Shown here: positions 38,251-51,950 of the stretch, in pieces
Position numbering within the stretch: position 1 is the first letter of the stretch
How the letters are laid out: each line of letters begins with the position of its first letter
From: Octopus sinensis
Lineage: Eukaryota
Direction of reading: 5' to 3'
Assembly (NCBI RefSeq): GCF_006345805.1
Contig: NC_043019.1
Location: 2,418,001 to 2,482,000, forward strand
DNA: 64,000 nt
Program-made: the position numbers and the translations under genes
The notes under the pieces: model-generated
Seen by the model: only the letters and a program-made list of their open reading frames with translations
Databases searched by the model: none
Told to the model about the DNA's origin: nothing

Positions 38251-39199
38251 CTCAGAGAAACATGACATAGCGCAACAAATGTACGGAGTTGAAAACGCAG
38301 GACTTTGTGTTCTCGAAGAAGGCAATGTAGTTTACGTTCGTCCAGTTTGCTGGTGCAGTTACTCTACTTTTGGTTATCACATCCTGGATGTTCACGGCTA
38401 CATAAGCACCTGAAACAATTAGCAAAATCATAGCACATGTCACCAAGCTATACTCGTTCGCGAGACGGTGGGCTTGCACGCAGTTTCAATCTACCAAATT
38501 CACTTACAAGGCATTTGTTGGTCTGAGGTTATAGTAGAAAGCAAGACACTTGCTCAAAATTCGTGCGGTTGGACCGAACCCGGACCCAAGTGGTTGCAAA
38601 GCGAAATCGTAATCACACATCCATACTTGCAGTCATTTACATGTTTTTCTTAATTTCCCATTTTGTTTTCTTTTGTCATCGCAATCTTTTGATGTTTATG
38701 TAAATGGATGCACCTAAGTAAAACATGTGACACGTACAATGAAACTCAATTATTTTCTATACTGTGTAAATGGCCTACATTACGGAAGACTGCCTCTAGT
38801 AACTGTAAGCTATGTAATTATGAAATAAAAACTCATGAATTTGCTAAGTTAACATTTTAAAAAGAAATTAACGTGAAATTTAGTCGAGTCAACAGAAGAG
38901 TATTAAGGCTTCGTCTCAGTCTACTGAAGTTCATTATAATTAACACTAACTAGAAATGACATATATACATTACATTCTCTTAGTCACAGAATCAAAGGTT
39001 AATCAGTTTTTAAAGGGCCGTGCATCATGTGCACTATATGCAAAATGTAAGATGTTTTCATGAAAGAGAATAATTTCACCAGTGTTTGTAGCCTTGGGTT
39101 CAGTCACGCTACGTGGCATCTTGGGCAAGTGTTTTCCCCTATAGCCTTGACTTAACTAAGGCCTTGTGAGTGAATTTTGTTAGACGGTAACTGAAAGAG

Positions 39200-39440
39200 G
39201 CACGTTGTATGCGATGCCTTTTGCATCTCAGAAAAATGAAGCCATCACCTTCTCTGCAGATGAAACGACCTATGCCTTCTTTGGAGCAGGTGGGGAAGGA
39301 GTGTTTCCTCTGCATGGATTGTCTCTTTCTCTCTGGTTTTAAAGGGATGAATCGAACACTCATCCTAGTTCAGGAAACGTTTGAGGAAACCAACTGGATC
39401 TGCCTCAAACAATGTCAAATTTTCCTGTGATGTGATCAAC
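39200..39440 (-). mobile_element. RTE LINE 3' ORF remnant
   Basis: ERKRQSMQRK...PTCSK resembles the RTE C-terminus. Confidence 0.45.
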
Positions 39441-39684
39441 TTCCTGCGCTTTTGATCAGGTGTCAGAAAACGTGACAGTTGAGAAATTTGGCAAAATGAA
39501 ACCTTCATTATGCCAAGTTAACTTTGCGGAATATTCTCAAATTTCTCTCAGTATATGCTTAAGAGCATTGGCTATTTTATTTATAGTCAATCGCCTGCCA
39601 TCCATCACCATGCGGTGAACACTATCAATGTTTTCCTCAGTGGTGGCAGTTACGGGACATCCAGACCTTGGGTCATCTTCAAGA

Positions 39685-40288
39685 TGTTATCTTCTTTCTC
39701 TTTGATTTTCAAAGATATATTCACATCAGCAGAACGGATGACCTCTAAGACGGTACATGCTTAATTTTTTTGTTTGTCCCAAACAACAATATCCGGTCAG
39801 TTACGTTTACACTTGACAATTGTTTTGATGGGAATGTTCCACCAGTATTTCTTTTTGTACGTATTAGTGTATGTATTCAATGTCGAGGGATTCTCTATAT
39901 TAATCCCAGAACAGACTTTTTACCGGATGGCATTGTATATTGTTTTTGTGACAACGTCGTGTCGCATAGGGAGGTAGTACTTTGATAATATTTTTGGACA
40001 GTTGCTAACCACTTGTAATATATTCCACAGAAATGTGCCTTAATCTACACTTTCAGTCGCATCTTGGAATTCTAAGAGCTTCACTGTCTCTTGTTTATTA
40101 AGTATTTGGTAGCAATCTCCTGTTCTTTGAGTGCAAAAGCCTAACCTTCGAAGTGTGGTGTGTGATGTAGCGTTATGTCAATTGTCTTCTTCAAGTCTTG
40201 GGGAAACATACCCATGCATGGTCTCTTTTTTTGTATGCTGAGCATTTAACTTCCAGGTCTTCTTTCAGGTATGTTAATCCGACTGTTT
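39685..40288 (-). mobile_element. RLE LINE fragment, same family as 7163-8233, 3' end lost
   Basis: Aligns to 7765-8233 (AFALKEQEIATKY, WWNIPIKT, PDIVVWD, ISLKIKEKEDN). Confidence 0.8.
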
Positions 40289-40291
40289 GGC

Positions 40292-40329
<38 letters not shown>

Positions 40330-40392
40330 ACATGTGGGTGAAAAAAATGAATGTAAAACTCAACAAATTTAGTTTAAGTTACATAATAGATA

Positions 40393-41162
40393 TAATAATC
40401 TTTTCTACTCTAGGCACAAGGCCTGAAATTCTTGGGGGGTGGCTAGTCGATTAGCTCTACCCCAGTATGCAACTGATACTTAATTCATCGACCCCGAAAG
40501 GATGAAAGGCATGGTCGACCTCGGCGAAATTTAAACTCAGAACGTAACGACAGACACATATACCTATTTCTTTATTACTCACAAGGGGCTAAACACAAAG
40601 AGGACAAACAAGGACAGACAAAGGGATTAAGCCGATTACTTCGACCCCAGTGCGTAACTGGTACTTATTTAATCGACCCCGAAAAAATGAAAGGCAAAGT
40701 CGACCTCGGCGGAATTTGAACTCAGAACGTAGCGGCAGACGAAATACCTATTTCTTTGCTACCCACAAGGGGCTAAACACAGAGAGGACAAACAAGAACA
40801 GACAAACGGATTAAGTCGATTACTTCGACCCCAGTGCGTAACTGGTACTTATTTAATCGACCCCGAAAGAATGAAAGGCAAAGTCGACCTCGGCGGAATT
40901 TGAACTCAGAACGTAGCGGCAGACGAAATACTTATTTCTTTATTACCCACAAGGGGCTAAACACAGAGCGGACAAACAAGGACAGACATAGGTATTAAGT
41001 CGATTACATCGACCCCAGTGCGTAACTGGTACTTAATTTATCGACCCCGAAAGGATGAAAGGCAAAGTCGACCTCGGCGGAATTTGAACTCACAACGTAA
41101 CGCAGACGAAATACCGCTAAGTATTTCGCCCGGCGTGCTAACGTTTCTGCCAGCTCGCCGCC
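40393..41162 (-). mobile_element. SINE family B multimer (head + 3 x 184-bp tail-A units + tail-B unit)
   Basis: Junctions at about 40563, 40747 and 40931; period 184 bp. Confidence 0.92.
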
Positions 41163-41199
41163 TTAAACTGAATGCATATTAGTGTGTGTCCTACCGCTG

Positions 41200-41550
41200 A
41201 ATCCGTAATCTACGCAATGACCTGATCTGGGTTAGGTTTAGGGTTAGGGTTCAGAGTAAGATTTAGGGTTAGGGTTTAAAGTAAGGTTTAGGGTTATGAT
41301 TACGGTTAGTGTTTGGAGGTTAGGTTTAGAGTTTAGGATTATAGTCAGGATGAGGGATTGGGATTAGAGTTTTGTTTTAGAAGTAAGGGTAGGGTTAGGA
41401 GATAAGTCACACGCTAAAGTGGTACCGAATATTCTTTGTGAGAAGCAGAGATGAAAGGGAAATACAGTGACTGAGAACGACTTCGCAGAAAATAGCTCAA
41501 AGTTGGAGGAGCACTTAAATATTACACGGATTTGCTGATTAGTGGATATG
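41200..41550. repeat. Degenerate TTAGGG-like tract, probably inside a DNA element
   Basis: TTAGGG variants at 41230-41400 bracketed by AATCCGTAAT and ATTACACGGATT. Confidence 0.55.
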
Positions 41551-41719
41551 AATAAGTCGTTAGAATCAATATTAACTTAACCGTAGTTAAACTAACAGCC
41601 AGTAACAATATCACGTTACTAACTCGTTATGATATTATGTTTAACATTCTATATCACACCACGAGGGGGTATAACACACTACGTGGGGTTTACTGAAACG
41701 TTCCTGACTTTGGTTAAAT

Positions 41720-41870
41720 TAATTCAGTTAATTATGGTTTTATTAAACATATTCCCCTCTCAGATTCATGCACTTATTGCAGCGGTCCTTCAGTTTTTCT
41801 AATCCATACAAAAGAACTCGCAAAGCTGGGCCTCTACCCAACTTTCGCGATACCCTTAAAGCCAGGAATT
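41720..41870 (-). mobile_element. mariner 3' remnant
   Basis: Homologous to 61735-61880. Confidence 0.55.
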
Positions 41871-42529
41871 TTTCAGTACCCCCTCCTATAATATTATTCA
41901 GCTAACATACATTGTATGCTGTAGGTCAGCAAATTATATTACATTGTACATTTAACCCTTTATGGCATGTGTCTAGCATTATAATATTATATTATTACAG
42001 AAAGTTAAAGAAAATAACTCGAGTTGGTTAATGGCAGAAGTTTAGATAATACATTTAGCATGCACTGAATGACCTCAGCAACATATTCTAAATGAACAGA
42101 CATTTGTCTTTTAATTGGAGAAAGAAAACAAAAATTTGGATGCAATTGTTAGCAAATTTCGAAAAAGAAGGGAAATCTTTTTTATTACATATTTAAGATG
42201 TGTTTGCATAGGCGCTAGCATGACTGTATGGTTAAGAAGCTCGTTTTGCAACTGCATGGTTTCGGGTTCGGTCCCGCTAATTTTGAATTAACAGTAGCTC
42301 TAATAATGTAAACATTACCGATGTCAATACATAATGTATGTGTTTTGTTTGTGCGGTTCCTCGCTGCTGGACTCATTCGAGAAATAGTCCCTTTAAGACG
42401 TCGAGTGTTAAAGACTATTTTCCCCGAGACGAATCCCGCAGCCAATAAGGACATAAACAAAAACACGTATGTTAAGTTCGAGAAGTTGGTAATAATAATA
42501 AATTCCCTGATGCCATACCAAGCAGTGGC

Positions 42530-42979
42530 TTTCATTGTTTCTGACCATAACTGATTGGAAGTGTTATCATGTACATGTTTTGCCTGGTGTAAAAATGGGC
42601 AACAGCAAATATTCTGCTCATAACAACAGATTTGCTTGTCAGTTGTTTGACCATAAGCAGTTGACCATGTCCCTTAGTGGCTGACAATATATACACCTCT
42701 GATCATGAGAAAAATTGTTTTGTTCAACATTCTTAAGCAACACTTATTCAGGGACCTTTTGAGTGGGATGGGATACTCGACCGAAAGACAATTCTAACTG
42801 GTCCCATCTGCAAGGTCATGCGCTGTTTATCTTGATATGAGATCACCATGTTGTGCATATATGGTTGTGATACATGTGCCTGGTGTACCCCTATCAGACG
42901 GGTAGTCATGACGGGTATACTGGGCTTCGTATATTTGTACCCCAGTGTCACTTTGATGGCATGCGCTGCTCTCTCACTC

Positions 42980-43024
<45 letters not shown>

Positions 43025-43429
43025 TGTCTTGTTTGGTATAAAAGACAGATTACAGCAAATATTTGCTCAATACAACAGATTTGTTTGTCAGTTGTTTGAC
43101 TATAATCAGTTGAGCATGTCCCTTAGTGGCTGACGATATGTGCCTTTCTGATCACGAACAGAAGTATTGGGGGAACATCATAGCCATGTGTTGAAAGGAA
43201 TTCTCTGGGATTTGGATAATTCACCTCTGGAAACATGGGCGTTTCGTTCAACATCCTTAAACAACCCTTACTCAAACTGAAGAAAATTCTAATTGGGCCC
43301 CACCTGCAAGGTCATGTGCCGTTTACTTTGATATGAGATCATGTGATGCATGTGCCTGGTGTACCCTTATCAGACGGGTAGTGATGGTGGGTATACTGGG
43401 CTTCGTTTATTTTACCCCAGTGCTCTCTC

Positions 43430-43460
<31 letters not shown>

Positions 43461-43890
43461 TGATAATAATAATAATGATAATAATAATGATAATAATAAT
43501 GATAATAATGATAATAATAATGATAATAATAATAATAGTAATAATAGTAATAATAATGATAACAATAATGATAATGATAATAATAATAATGATAATGATG
43601 ATAATAATAATAATAATGATGATAATAATAATAATAATGATGATAATAATAATAATAATAATAATAATAATAGTAATAATAATAATAATAATGATAATAA
43701 TAATACTAATAATAGTAATAATAATAATAATAATAATAATGATAATAATGATAATAATAATAATAATGATAATGATGATGGCAAGAACTGCTCTCTCACT
43801 CAATAATAATAATAATAATGATGATGATAATAATGATAATAATAGTAATAATAGTAATAATAGTAATAATAATAATAATTAATAATAATT
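42530..43890 (+). mobile_element. Chain of three 3' ends of one retroelement, each followed by (AAT)n
   Basis: Units 42530-42979, 43025-43429 and 43780-43801 all end in GCTCTCTC(ACTC) followed by (AAT)n. Confidence 0.75.
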
Positions 43891-44581
43891 TAACAAGCAC
43901 CATATGTAAGACAGGGTACGCTATTTATAACACTGAGTAAAACATTGAAAATTTTATCGCGAAAAAGTGATTGGCTGAAAGAAAGAAACGAAATTGTTCA
44001 AACTGAGTCAGACCTAAAGATTACGTTACAATATTTTCAGTAAATGTTGCTAGTATAACTAGGGCGTTATACATGCCATAGAAAACATCATAAAGGATAG
44101 CAGGTTGTTGTGTCTTTTCTGAATTATTGCAACAAAGATAACCAGTGATTTACTTTATGTAACATATTTTTGTCTTTACTCTGTAAGTGTTATTTCCTGT
44201 TACCTTTTATCTAGATATCAATGGAAATAACTACTATTCCCTTCAAACTTTGCTCTTCTCACCTGGACATCAATATTATGAAACTGACATATTTTACGTT
44301 AAATTTCAGACAGATTCAGTGCTGAGTTACTAACGCAGAAATATCGTTATAATAAATATTCTGTTCAGTACCACAGATGTGATTGTCAGTTACTTGACCT
44401 TAACCACTTGAACATATCTCTTAGTGACTGAAAATATGTGCATCTCTGCTCATGAGCAGAAGTAGTGAGGAAACATTGAGAGGGATTCTTTGGGGGTTTG
44501 AATAAATATAACAAAAGCAAAGTTTGAAGGGAAATATCAGCCATTTTTCATACATAGGTCACGTGTTAAGGTTATCTCTAC

Positions 44582-44711
44582 AGATACTCTATAGAAATTA
44601 TAGCCAGCACTGATTTTCGTTACGACGTTTCGTATCCGAGACCTCAGATCATATCGGATACGAAATGTCGTAATAAAAATTAATGTTGGTTATAATTTCT
44701 ATAGAATATCT
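44582..44711. repeat. 58-bp-arm inverted repeat (hairpin or mini-MITE)
   Basis: 44582-44639 pairs with 44654-44711; 8 transition differences; 14-nt loop. Confidence 0.9.
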
Positions 44712-44959
44712 AGGACACAGTGTTGACTTATAAAAGGTATTATATACTCTATAGTATATTATGGATGCATAACGAAATACCGGGTATCTACAAATTATTA
44801 GGGGTAAGCAAATAGGAAATAACAGTTACTAGGGTAAGAAAATAGGAGGGATACGCAAATAGGAAATAACAATTACTACCCAAAGACAAACGTCGTGTTA
44901 CACGCTGTGTTATGTGTCTACAAACAATTCAGGCAGACATTTAATACACTAATCTTTAC

Positions 44960-45330
44960 CTTGTTTCTATCATTGGACTGTAGTCGCGATTGGGTACCCT
45001 CTTGAAGAGATTTAGTCGAACAAATGAACCCCAGTACTTATAATTTTATAGTCTGGTACTTATTCTATAGGTTTCTTTTGCCAAACCGCTCTGTTGCGGA
45101 GTTGTAAACAAAGCAACACCGGTTATCAAACGGTGAGGGACAAACACAATGACACACTCATATTTATGTGTGTGTGCGTGTGTGTGTGTATGTACAGTTT
45201 CCGTCTACCAAATTCACTCGCAAGGCATTAGTCGACCCAGGGATATAGTAGAAGACATCTGTCCGAGGTGCCGTGCTGTGGGACTGAACCTAAAACCCTG
45301 TGGTTGCAAAACGAGCTTCTTAACCACACA
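44960..45330 (-). mobile_element. SINE family A, old diverged copy
   Basis: Homology to family A. Confidence 0.75.
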
Positions 45331-45367
45331 TCCATGTCTTCACGTATGCTGATATTTTGCTTGCAAA

Positions 45368-45936
45368 TTTTGACACAAGACCAGTAATTTCGGGGGAGGT
45401 GCTAAGTCGATTACTTCGACTCCAGTGATCGACTGGTACTTATTTTATTGACCTCAAAAGAATGGAAGGTAAAGTCGACCTAGGCGGAATTTGAACATAG
45501 AACGTAAACGCAGGCAAAAAAACCTATTTCTTTACTACCCACAAGGGGCTAAGCACAGAGAGGACAAACAAGGACAGACAAACGGATTAAGTCGATTACA
45601 TCGATCCCAGTGCGTAACTGGTACTTAATTAATCGACCCCGAAAGGATGAAAGGCAAAGTCGACCTCGGCGGAATTTGAACTCAGAACGTAGCGGCAGGT
45701 GAAATACCTATTTCTTTACTACCTACAAGGGGCTAAACACAGAGAGAACAAACAAGGATAGACAAACGGATTAAGTCGATTATGTGGACCCCAGTGCGTA
45801 ACTGGAACTTAATTTATCGACCCCGAAAGTATGAAAGGCAAAGTCGATCTCGGCGGAATTTGAACTCAGAACGTAAAGACAGACGAAATACCGCTAAGCA
45901 TTTTGCCTGGTGTGCTATCGATTCTGCTAGTTGCTT
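45368..45936 (-). mobile_element. SINE family B multimer (old head + 2 tail-A units + old tail-B unit)
   Basis: Junctions at about 45523 and 45707; period 184 bp. Confidence 0.9.
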
Positions 45937-46377
45937 ATATTAGCTATCAATAATGGATAAAGCAATGAAATTGGCGAAAATTGTTTGATAAACAGTAGCT
46001 GTTAAAATAAGATTACAACTAAATAACAATGAATTGTGATATATTTTACGTTCGTGCCAGTCTTGACCTAAAATATAAGTTTTTTTTTTGTTATGTTCTT
46101 GTTTAGTCATTTTCCCTGTTCCAAGCAGCCCCATTCTTTGGTCATTGTTTCACATAAAACTAGGGCAAGTATTTCTATTCTCTATGGAACATTGTTAAGT
46201 ACCACTTGAAGAAATTATAGGCACTGATTCTGTTTATAGCAAACAGACTCTGTTATGTCTTTGTCTAATCAAGAGTGTCCTATTGAAAAGAACTGAAACT
46301 AAATTTTCAGTACGAGAAGCACTATTTCCAAACGACGAACCGTGTTTGTTGTTAAATAGTTGTCTTACTTCGTGAAA

Positions 46378-46434
<57 letters not shown>

Positions 46435-46437
46435 CAT

Positions 46438-46482
<45 letters not shown>

Positions 46483-46532
46483 CATACATACATACATACA
46501 TACATACATACATACATACATACATACATACA

Positions 46533-46568
<36 letters not shown>

Positions 46569-46747
46569 TATATATGTATATATATATTTTTTTTTTTTTT
46601 ATTGAAATGGATAAATGAATTATCTTGTTACGGATTATTCAAAATTTAACCGATACCTGGGTAGCAAAAATCACAACAGAAAAAACACGGTTGAGGTTAC
46701 GACCATGGGGTGTCGCAACCGTGCCTTAGCGCGGATAATTGAAGTTT

Positions 46748-47239
46748 TATATATTTAGTGAAGGGAAGAAATGGAGCTGAACGAAGATTCTACAAAATTC
46801 CTTTTTATTATTTTCTACACATGTTTCAAAGGCTGCAAATTTCCAAATTCGGATTGAATAAAGGGACCATTTTGCAGCTTTCTCTTCAGGAAAAACCAGG
46901 AATATAAATCTCCAAACAAATGCGCAGCAAGCTATTCGAACAAAACGCTCCCTAGGAGCCCATGGTAAAGCACAAAACTGTCTCTCAATTGAGGCACATT
47001 GAGAGACAGTTTTGTGCTTTACCATGGGCTCCTAGGGAGCGTTTTGTTCGAATAGCTTGCTGCGCATTTGTTTGGAGATTTATATTCCTGGTTTTTCCTG
47101 AAGAGAAAGCTGCAAAATGGTCCCCTTATTCAATCCGAATTTGGAAATTTGCAGCCTTTGAAACATGTGTAGAAAATAATAAAAAGGAATTTTGTAGAAT
47201 CTTCGTTCAGCTCCATTTCTTCCCTTCACTAAATATATA
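46748..47239. repeat. Near-perfect palindrome, 242-bp arms, 8-nt loop
   Basis: 46748-46989 is the reverse complement of 46998-47239 except A46862/C47125; loop TGAGGCAC. Confidence 0.97.
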
Positions 47240-47317
47240 TATATATATATATATACATGCACATATACATACATACATGTATATATACATATATACATAT
47301 TTTTATGTATTTGTATG

Positions 47318-47375
<58 letters not shown>

Positions 47376-47456
47376 CAGAGACAGACAGACAGAAGGAAGA
47401 CAGAGACAGAGAAAGAGAGAGAGAAAGGGATGCAGATAAACATGATTAGGCGTGCC

Positions 47457-47499
<43 letters not shown>

Positions 47500-47952
47500 C
47501 ATAAACATTAAACACCTGTTTCCATACTGAGCATTTGTAGCTCTCACCTTTTAACTATATAAATATATTCTTTTACTTGTTACAGTCATTTGACTGTGGC
47601 CATGCTGGAGTACCGACTTGAAGGGTTTTTAGTCGAACAAAACGATCCCAAGACTCATTTTTTAAGCCTGGTATTTATTCCATCGGTATCTTTGGCTGAA
47701 TCGCTCTCTTACGGGGACGTAAACATTAGCGCTTCCATAGATTTGTAGTAATCATCAAATTTTAAAATGTATTTAACTGACATTTGAGTTCTTAAGAGCT
47801 GTAAAAAATTGACCAACTTCTTTTTTGTACAGTCATATTAAGTTTTTCAAATGAAGAAGAACTTAATATGACTGCACAATGATTAAAAAAGTGAATATTC
47901 TATGTGTATTCTCTGTTTTCTTTAAACTATCATATATATATATATATATATA

Positions 47953-49154
<1,202 letters not shown>

Positions 49155-51477
49155 CACCAGATATAAATTGGAATTATTTTATTTTAATTTATATAAGATT
49201 GCAGAAACTATGCATAGTCTAGGAAAAATAGGGTAAATGTTTTTATTTTACATTCTCTTTCAGAATTGCATCTATTAGTGGCTTGGAGTTTTAACTGCTC
49301 TTTCTAGTCACTCAGATATCCTATTATTGGTTATCTCTTATGTGTTTGAATGTACACTGTATTCTTCTATATATATATGGTGTTAGGCCATGACGTAAAA
49401 TATTTTAATTTATCTATATAACAGCAGCGGTGTACGAACATATTTTGTTGGAACCAATTCAAATAATTACTTTTTTGTTTCTGTTCTTATGTTATAATAC
49501 TAATGTGCATTTTTATATACCTATGTATCGATTAATTTTTCTGTAGTTTATTAACGTTATCAAAGGAATATATTATCAAACAAATGTTAATATATCTTGT
49601 GAAACATCAATAATTTCAATATTTCTCTGACGTTTTATTGGCGTATTAATAATTCTCTTCTTTAAAAGATATTATTACTCTTTATTCAACAACGCACCGA
49701 TGTACACTAACAGATTTAATTGCTTCAGTTTTCAGTAACCAAAGGTATCCATTGACAAGTGGATAGTTCTGTTGATTTGGGGAGAGGAAATATTTTTCTA
49801 TAATGCCGGTTTCAAATTTTTAGCACATGGCCATCAAGTCACTACATCAACATCCTCCCCGAAGTGTTTTGTCTGGCACAGTAATGATTCCTCCCGCTCG
49901 CCGCTCCTATTATATTGATCTCAGTAGTTGATTTAGTACTTATTTTGTCAATGACGGATGAATGACAACGAAGATCTTGTTATTTGAACTCAAAATGTAA
50001 ACGACCGTAAATTAAATATTGCAAGGCATTTTGCCAACACTCCACAGGTTCTGTCAATTGAACGGTTTTTCTGTTAATAAGTACAAGAATATGTAAGTAC
50101 ATACATTATTTTGCATGTGTATATGCGTGCATATGAGTACCCGTGAAAGATACGTGGCCTTCAGCACACAATGTTTGACACCCTATCATAAAATTGTGAA
50201 ATGCCTTGCACAGTCTTTTCAGTTGAATTGATTACCAGCCAAGCAATTACAGAACGCTCTTGGATCGTTGCATGGACACAATGGACTACTTTGTACTTAA
50301 TTGTGCTTTCTTTTGTTGTACCCTTGGTCGTACAATTTAACAAAATTGTTTATTATACGGTTCCCCGCTCCTTCAATTGATAAACATTATCTCTCTATTG
50401 CACCGAGCTGACGATACTTAGCGACAGAGCCAGGGAGTGAAATACAAATCGGTCGCATAAAAAATAAAATCTCTCTAACAAGATACTTTCGACTTATTTA
50501 TTATTACGGTACTTTCTGTCATGCATTTCGAATCTCCAGCCGAAAATTTACTGCCAAAAGGAAAGGCAAGTGGACCAAGATGACTTTGGAGGCCCCGAAG
50601 TTCCATAAGAAATGCAAGAGGATTTGATTTGGAAAGATAGTGACGATGTTTGAATGTTTACACTACATGTTTACACTATAAACTGCGTCGATTTGTATGC
50701 TGAAAAATACGGCAGTCCGATAATCTTTCAAACCTTCTACCCATAATGTTGGTAACTGAAAAGAAGGCAAAATTTTTATAATATCTCACATATCGAGAAT
50801 AATTTTTTCGTATAGATATAATGTATAATACTTGAAATGCTATTAAAAATGTCACTCAGCAATCATACAAGTTCTGCTTTCCGGTTATCAAATTACTAAA
50901 TCCTTTAAAAGAATATCCTGTTAAATAAACACGGAAACATAGACCTTTAATTTCTTTTAAATAAGTAATTCATAGCTTGCTTTATAAACTTCTAATTACA
51001 TGAATGCCAGATTATCGAAGACTGAGTTTTGGGGAATAATTATTGCTACGGTTATGGAGGTAACATCTATGCAATTACCTCCTAGTTTCCCTCTGTTTTG
51101 TTGGGGTTGAGGTTTGATCTCTCTACATATAAAACAAGAGAATGGTGCCGACGCTTTCTTCAAAGTTTTCTTTTCCTGTTAGAATATTAAAAGGAAAACA
51201 TCTAAGGATACTTACGAAAATCTGTCTAAAATTTCCAAAATTGTCTACTATGATTTTAGTAATTATTAAAACCATTCCTCTGTAAATTAATTTATATACG
51301 AGATAGGAATTTGTGGGAAATGATGTAAAATAGAATACCTAACTTTACGTTTATATCACTGTTCTGGATATTCTTGTTCGTTTTTCCATAAGATCATTCA
51401 TACATTCGTGAACTCAGACGATTTGACCGGGAATTCTTGACAAGTCCAACACAAGCATGAAGCGCTCTGTTACACAT

Positions 51478-51950
51478 TAAATAGACGTGGACGGAATTGC
51501 CCAATGTGGTGGAGACTCTGAACGTCCGAAGCTTATCCTTCTGCTTAGTTTATCTGATTTTAAATAGTTAAGATGCGTCCCCAAAGTCCATCCCCTCCTC
51601 ACCGTGGTGGGGACGCTAGCAACGGATAGTGTCAGAGCTATGCCGTCGGGAACTTCGGTTCCTGGTAGGGCCACCCAAGGCGGATTGGTCTGACACCGAG
51701 TGGTATTAGGGCCACAACCCGGCAGACGGGGCTCTGGTGAAAATCCTCGGAGTGTCTGTTTCGGTAACCGGCGGCTCCTCGGTCGTTCTGTCTCTGCGTC
51801 TGCGGACAATCTGCGGCAAACAGGATGTCTCCACATGCGAGATTGATGGGGACCGCTTGTGAAATCCACATATTCCCACGAAACTTCTTCCATGAGTAGA
51901 AGAAGCCGACTCAACCCGCCCAGGGTGAATGTCGCGACAAGTACAAGTAA
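51478..51950 (-). mobile_element. RTE-like LINE 5' UTR fragment
   Basis: GC-rich island containing GGGTGGCCCTACCAGGA...CGGCATAGCTCT, an RTE 5' UTR-like motif. Confidence 0.5.

Noticed and set aside
40393-41162. CRISPR-like or satellite interpretation of the 184-bp array
   Set aside because: Units are whole SINE bodies with no unique spacers; eukaryotic context
41230-41400. True telomere or fusion site
   Set aside because: Short, highly degenerate and in a single orientation
46747-47342. Two near-identical ORFs on opposite strands
   Set aside because: A by-product of the palindrome; no protein motif or codon evidence
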